A DNA stretch of 64,000 nucleotides, from assembly GCA_039589315.1 (NCBI GenBank), contig JBDHHQ010000005.1, forward strand, positions 69,547-133,546, given 5' to 3'. The stretch is from Gemmatimonadota bacterium. Lineage in GTDB: Bacteria; Gemmatimonadota; Gemmatimonadetes; Longimicrobiales; Gaopeijiaceae. The notes beneath the pieces were generated by a model. The model saw nothing but the letters and a program-made list of their open reading frames with translations. It did not search any database and was not told the origin of the DNA. This document shows positions 58,689 to 64,000 of the stretch, in pieces; within the stretch, counting starts at the first letter, position 1, and each line of letters begins with the position of its first letter. Made by a program: the position numbers and the translations under genes.

Positions 58689-60095
58689 ATGCCCCCGCGA
58701 CGCCCCGGCAAGGTCTTCGACCGCTCCATCGTCGAGGGACCCATCCCCAGCGCCGTCTGGAAGCTCGCGTGGCCTACCATGTTGCAGAACGTCATCGGCG
58801 GCCTCCAGGGCATCGTCGACCACGCCATGGTGGGCCACTACGTGGGGTTTCAGGGCAATGCCGCCATCGGCGTCGCCTGGCAGATCTTCCTGGTGGTCGT
58901 CGTCTTCATCATGTCCCTCTTCACGGGGATGGGGGTGCTCGTGGCCCGGTTCACGGGCGCCAACGAGCCCGAGAAGGTGGATCGGACCGTCTACCAGGCC
59001 TTTATCACCGCGCTGGTCCTGGCGGTGGGCATCATGGCGCCCCTCGGGTACTTCCTGTCTCCGAGCCTCTTGAGCCTGGTCAACGCCGCCCCCGAGGTTC
59101 AGGCCGAGGCGCTGCCGTACATCCGGATCATGTTCCTGTTCAGCTTCGGCATGATGCTGTTCTTCATGCTGGGTGGAGCCCTCCGGTCGGCCGGCGATGC
59201 CCAGACCCCCCTGCGACTGGGCATCGTCCTCACGGTGCTGAACGTCGTCCTGAACGTGATCTTCATTCGGGGCCTGGGACCGATCCCGGCGTTCGGTACG
59301 GCCGGCGCCGCCATGGGCACCGTGATCGCGGGCGGGATCGTGAGCCTGATCGGCGTAGCCTTTCTCTTCAGCGGAAGGTGGGTCGTCCACTTCCATCGGG
59401 GGATGAGCCTCAAGCCCGACTGGGCGATCATCAAGTCCCTGTTCCGCTTCGGATTGCCCACCGGGTTTCAGGGCGTGGCCATGAACGTTGCGGGAGTGCT
59501 CCTGATCCGGTTCGTGGGCTCCCTCGAACAGAGCGCCGAGGCTCAGGCTATCTACGCGGTGAGCTACACCCAGCTATTCTCCTTCATCACTTGGACGTCC
59601 GTGGGACTCATGGGTGCCACGGCGGCGGTGGCCGGTCAGAACCTGGGCGCGGGTCGCCCGGATCGCACTCGCAAGGCCACGTGGGCGGCTACCCGCATCG
59701 GACTGACTGTCGCGCTGGCCATCGGACTGCTCTTCATCGCGATCCCGGAGCGGCTCCTGGCGATGTTCGGCCTGACGGACCCCGCCGTCGTCCAGTTGGG
59801 GGTCGAGCTGCTGGCGTACCTGAGCGTATCCGGCCTGTTCATCACCGCCGCGCTCGCGTATACCGGCGGTCTCCAGGGGACGGGCGACACCAAGAGCCCC
59901 CTCTACATCTCGATCGTGTCCCAGATCGTCGTTCCCCTGGGCATGTGCTGGGTGATCGACATGGTATGGGGCCTCAGGCCCGCCGACATCTGGCTCGCCA
60001 TCGTGTTGGGTCACGCCACGCGCTGCCTCCTCAGCGTGTGGGTCTTCCGGCGGGAGAAGTGGCGAGACATCAAGGTGGAGATCGGCTCCGGCTGA
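58689..60095 (+). CDS. MATE family efflux transporter
   Basis: Motifs KLAWP, IVDHAMVG, LRSAGDAQTPL, GTAGAAMGT and GQNLGAG; about 12 TM segments. Confidence 0.9.
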   Translation: MPPRRPGKVFDRSIVEGPIPSAVWKLAWPTMLQNVIGGLQGIVDHAMVGHYVGFQGNAAIGVAWQIFLVVVVFIMSLFTGMGVLVARFTGANEPEKVDRTVYQAFITALVLAVGIMAPLGYFLSPSLLSLVNAAPEVQAEALPYIRIMFLFSFGMMLFFMLGGALRSAGDAQTPLRLGIVLTVLNVVLNVIFIRGLGPIPAFGTAGAAMGTVIAGGIVSLIGVAFLFSGRWVVHFHRGMSLKPDWAIIKSLFRFGLPTGFQGVAMNVAGVLLIRFVGSLEQSAEAQAIYAVSYTQLFSFITWTSVGLMGATAAVAGQNLGAGRPDRTRKATWAATRIGLTVALAIGLLFIAIPERLLAMFGLTDPAVVQLGVELLAYLSVSGLFITAALAYTGGLQGTGDTKSPLYISIVSQIVVPLGMCWVIDMVWGLRPADIWLAIVLGHATRCLLSVWVFRREKWRDIKVEIGSG

Positions 60096-60334
60096 CCTCG
60101 GAGCTGTTCGCCGGGCCCGCAGGGTGCTCGAGGCAAGCACGTCGGGCGCCGCCACCGGGGTGCTCTCCCGCTCGTCCCCGCTGTCACGGGCCGAAGCCGG
60201 ACCGGCCTGGCAGGGTGAGTCAAGGCCGATGCGTTATCTTCCATCCGTTTCAGGACCCCATGCCCGGTCGGCGACGGTGGCGAGCCCGAGAGTGACCACC
60301 GCGCCCGGCCGGGAGGAATCTCGAACCGAGTGCC

Positions 60335-61921
<1,587 letters not shown>

Positions 61922-61955
61922 CGGTAGCTCCGCCCAGGGAGCCGTTGGACCGGGC

Positions 61956-62873
61956 TCAGGCAGGGCTCATGTCCGACTCCGCCGACGGCGCCATCGGGCG
62001 CTCGACCAGGAGAATCAGCACGGCGGCGAGAAGCACGAGGTCCTTCAAAAGGAACTGGCCGGTGCCGCCGATGGCCGGGAAGCCCATATCGGGGTGCCAA
62101 CCGGGTAGCGTCACCATGAAGGTGAGCGTCGTGCCGAACGTGGCGAAGGCCAGAGCCGCGCCCCACACGAACAAGGACGGCCGAAACCACCAGGTGGCCA
62201 GGAACGCCACGGCCACCAGCTCCATCATGCCGATGAAGTTCGAGGCCCCCTGGGTCGAGAAGACGACGAGCAGCCACGACATGAAGGGGCTCGTCCGTAG
62301 CAGGGGCTCGATCCCCGCCGCCTCGACCGCCGTGAACTTCATGACGCCGATCCAGCCCAGGACCAGGATCAGTCCCACCAGCATCCCGCTCTTGCCGAAG
62401 CGGCAGAGACCCGAGCGTTGTGGAGCGCTCGGGGGGTAGGCTTCGCTGCAGAGGTAGAGGGACACGCCCAGGATGGGCACGTACTTGAGCAGCCCCTGTC
62501 CGGAGCCGATGTACGGGAAGCCTCCCATGCTCTCGATCCAGACCGGGCCCGTGAAGAACAGCGTCAGCGGGAGGAGGGCGAGGACGGCGGAAAGCAACGC
62601 GCCGACCCGCAGCCGCAGCCCCGGCCGCCGTCCCACCGCCAGCAGTAGTCCTGCGCCTACCTGAAGGACGCCGGCCGTCACAGCGACCGCCCCGGCCGCA
62701 CCGGCAACGCCTGCGAGCAGCCGGTTCTCGGCCAGGACCGTCTCCATGGCCGACGCACCGTACGCGGTGAATCGCATGGCGCCGGTCCAGACCAGCAGGA
62801 CGGCAAGGCTCCAGCGGGCGAGGGCTGCACCCACGTCGCCCTTGCGCACCGACGGGGGCGGAGCGAGGTCCAT
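61956..62873 (-). CDS. Tandem DUF417 (YkgB/RclC-like) membrane protein
   Basis: Motifs WIGVMKFTAVEAAGIEPL and GQFLLKD, with a degenerate first copy. Confidence 0.7.
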   Translation of the reverse strand: MDLAPPPSVRKGDVGAALARWSLAVLLVWTGAMRFTAYGASAMETVLAENRLLAGVAGAAGAVAVTAGVLQVGAGLLLAVGRRPGLRLRVGALLSAVLALLPLTLFFTGPVWIESMGGFPYIGSGQGLLKYVPILGVSLYLCSEAYPPSAPQRSGLCRFGKSGMLVGLILVLGWIGVMKFTAVEAAGIEPLLRTSPFMSWLLVVFSTQGASNFIGMMELVAVAFLATWWFRPSLFVWGAALAFATFGTTLTFMVTLPGWHPDMGFPAIGGTGQFLLKDLVLLAAVLILLVERPMAPSAESDMSPA

Positions 62874-63086
62874 GCTGTCTCCTGTCCTGGCGGGAAGGGA
62901 CTCGTAGGGCCAAGAGGGTGCCGGCCAGCGCCCGCGTCAATAGAGGCCGCTCCCCGGTAGGTGGATTGCGGTTCCCGCGGATCGTACCTTGCCCCGCGGG
63001 AGCGACGGCCCGGAACGTGGTGCCCACCGATGGCCGGCCGGCTCGCCCCCAGCGGTACCGCTGACCCCGAGATGCCGAGGCGCCAG

Positions 63087-63542
63087 ATGCCCAGCTATTG
63101 GCTGATGAAGTCCGAACCGTACGTGTACTCCATCGACGACCTCGCGAAGGACGGCAGCACTTGTTGGGAGGGCGTACGCAACTACGCGGCGCGCAACAAC
63201 ATGCGCGCGATGGCGGTGGGGGACCTGATCCTCTACTACCACAGCAACGCGAACCCGCCGGCCGTGGTGGGGATCGCACGGGTCTGCAAGGAGGCGTACC
63301 CGGATCACTATGCGTGGCAGCCGGGGCACAAGTACTTCGACGAGAAGTCCTCCGAGGACAGTCCCCGGTGGTCGATGGTGGACGTGGAGTTTCTGGAGAA
63401 GTTCCCGCGCGAAGTCGGCCTCCCGGAGATCAAGGAGCGGACGGATCTCGCCGAGATGGTTCTGGTGAAGCGGGGGAGGCTCTCGGTTCAGCCCGTCCGA
63501 AAAGACGAGTTCGACAAGATCACGAAGATGGGTCGCGGATGA
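63087..63542 (+). CDS. EVE domain protein (thymocyte nuclear protein 1-like)
   Basis: Motifs YWLMKSEP, WEGVRNYAARN, YHSN and RLSVQPV. Confidence 0.92.
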   Translation: MPSYWLMKSEPYVYSIDDLAKDGSTCWEGVRNYAARNNMRAMAVGDLILYYHSNANPPAVVGIARVCKEAYPDHYAWQPGHKYFDEKSSEDSPRWSMVDVEFLEKFPREVGLPEIKERTDLAEMVLVKRGRLSVQPVRKDEFDKITKMGRG

Positions 63543-64000
63543 TGCCGCGGGCCACCCTCGGTGAGCTCGGGCCCTTGGCGCGCTCGCGCTCGCCGCTGGA
63601 GGCGGCCGGCGCGATTCTCCTGGCGATCACAGCCAGCGCGCTCACAGCCCCCTGGCGTCGCCCGTTGCTGCTGGCGGGAGCCGGCGGCCTCCTCCTGGCG
63701 ATGGCCCCGGGGACGCTCGCGGCCCAGCGATCGAGCGCTGACACCGTTCTCACGGCGGGGCTGGAGGCTCCCGTCGAGATCCTGAAGGACCGCTGGGGCG
63801 TCTCGCACATCTACGCTCAGAGCGAGCACGATCTGTTCTTCGCCCAGGGGTACAACGCTGCCCGCGACCGGCTGTTCCAGCTCGAGATGTGGCGGCGACG
63901 GGCGACGGGAACGATGGCGGAGATCCTGGGGCCCGACGAGCTGCCCAGGGACCGGGGGGCGCGCCTGTTCATGTTCAGGGGCGATCTGGATGCCGAGCTC
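63539..64000 (+). CDS. Penicillin acylase family (Ntn-hydrolase) precursor; 5' part, runs off the window
   Basis: Manual translation: ...GLEAPVEILKDRWGVSHIYAQSEHDLFFAQGYNAARDRLFQLEMWRRRATG; ATGA overlap with the EVE gene; absent from the ORF track. Confidence 0.9.
   Translation, partial: MMPRATLGELGPLARSRSPLEAAGAILLAITASALTAPWRRPLLLAGAGGLLLAMAPGTLAAQRSSADTVLTAGLEAPVEILKDRWGVSHIYAQSEHDLFFAQGYNAARDRLFQLEMWRRRATGTMAEILGPDELPRDRGARLFMFRGDLDAEL

Overview
This is a very GC-rich, gene-dense bacterial chromosomal segment. Gene content and style suggest Gemmatimonadota (inference only). It holds about 55 CDS, and I saw no rRNA, tRNA, CRISPR array or mobile element. The main blocks are: (1) a partial selD with an in-frame UGA at the catalytic position and a SECIS-like hairpin, missed by the ORF track; (2) a translationally coupled amidohydrolase-luxE-luxC operon with no luciferase or luxD; (3) an AbrB-macrodomain gene pair; (4) an ABC-2 exporter; (5) an alternative complex III operon (actABCDEF); (6) gcvH-gcvP with a lipoyl ligase and an Opp/Dpp transporter; (7) exbB, csp, polA and ssb; (8) a sigma-70 factor; (9) pckA preceded by a maeB-like remnant; (10) chrA, an M24 peptidase, a MATE transporter, prfC, an EVE protein and a partial penicillin acylase. 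The best candidate for an undescribed system is a coupled minus-strand operon at 46.5-53.5 kb: hypothetical, Omp85-like barrel, SAM methyltransferase, FAD oxidoreductase, SRPBCC cyclase, FabF-like ketosynthase and a DUF4126-like membrane protein. It looks like a minimal phenolic-lipid or polyketide pathway without ACP, chain-length factor or type III PKS. All calls come from motif recognition by eye; no database searches were run.
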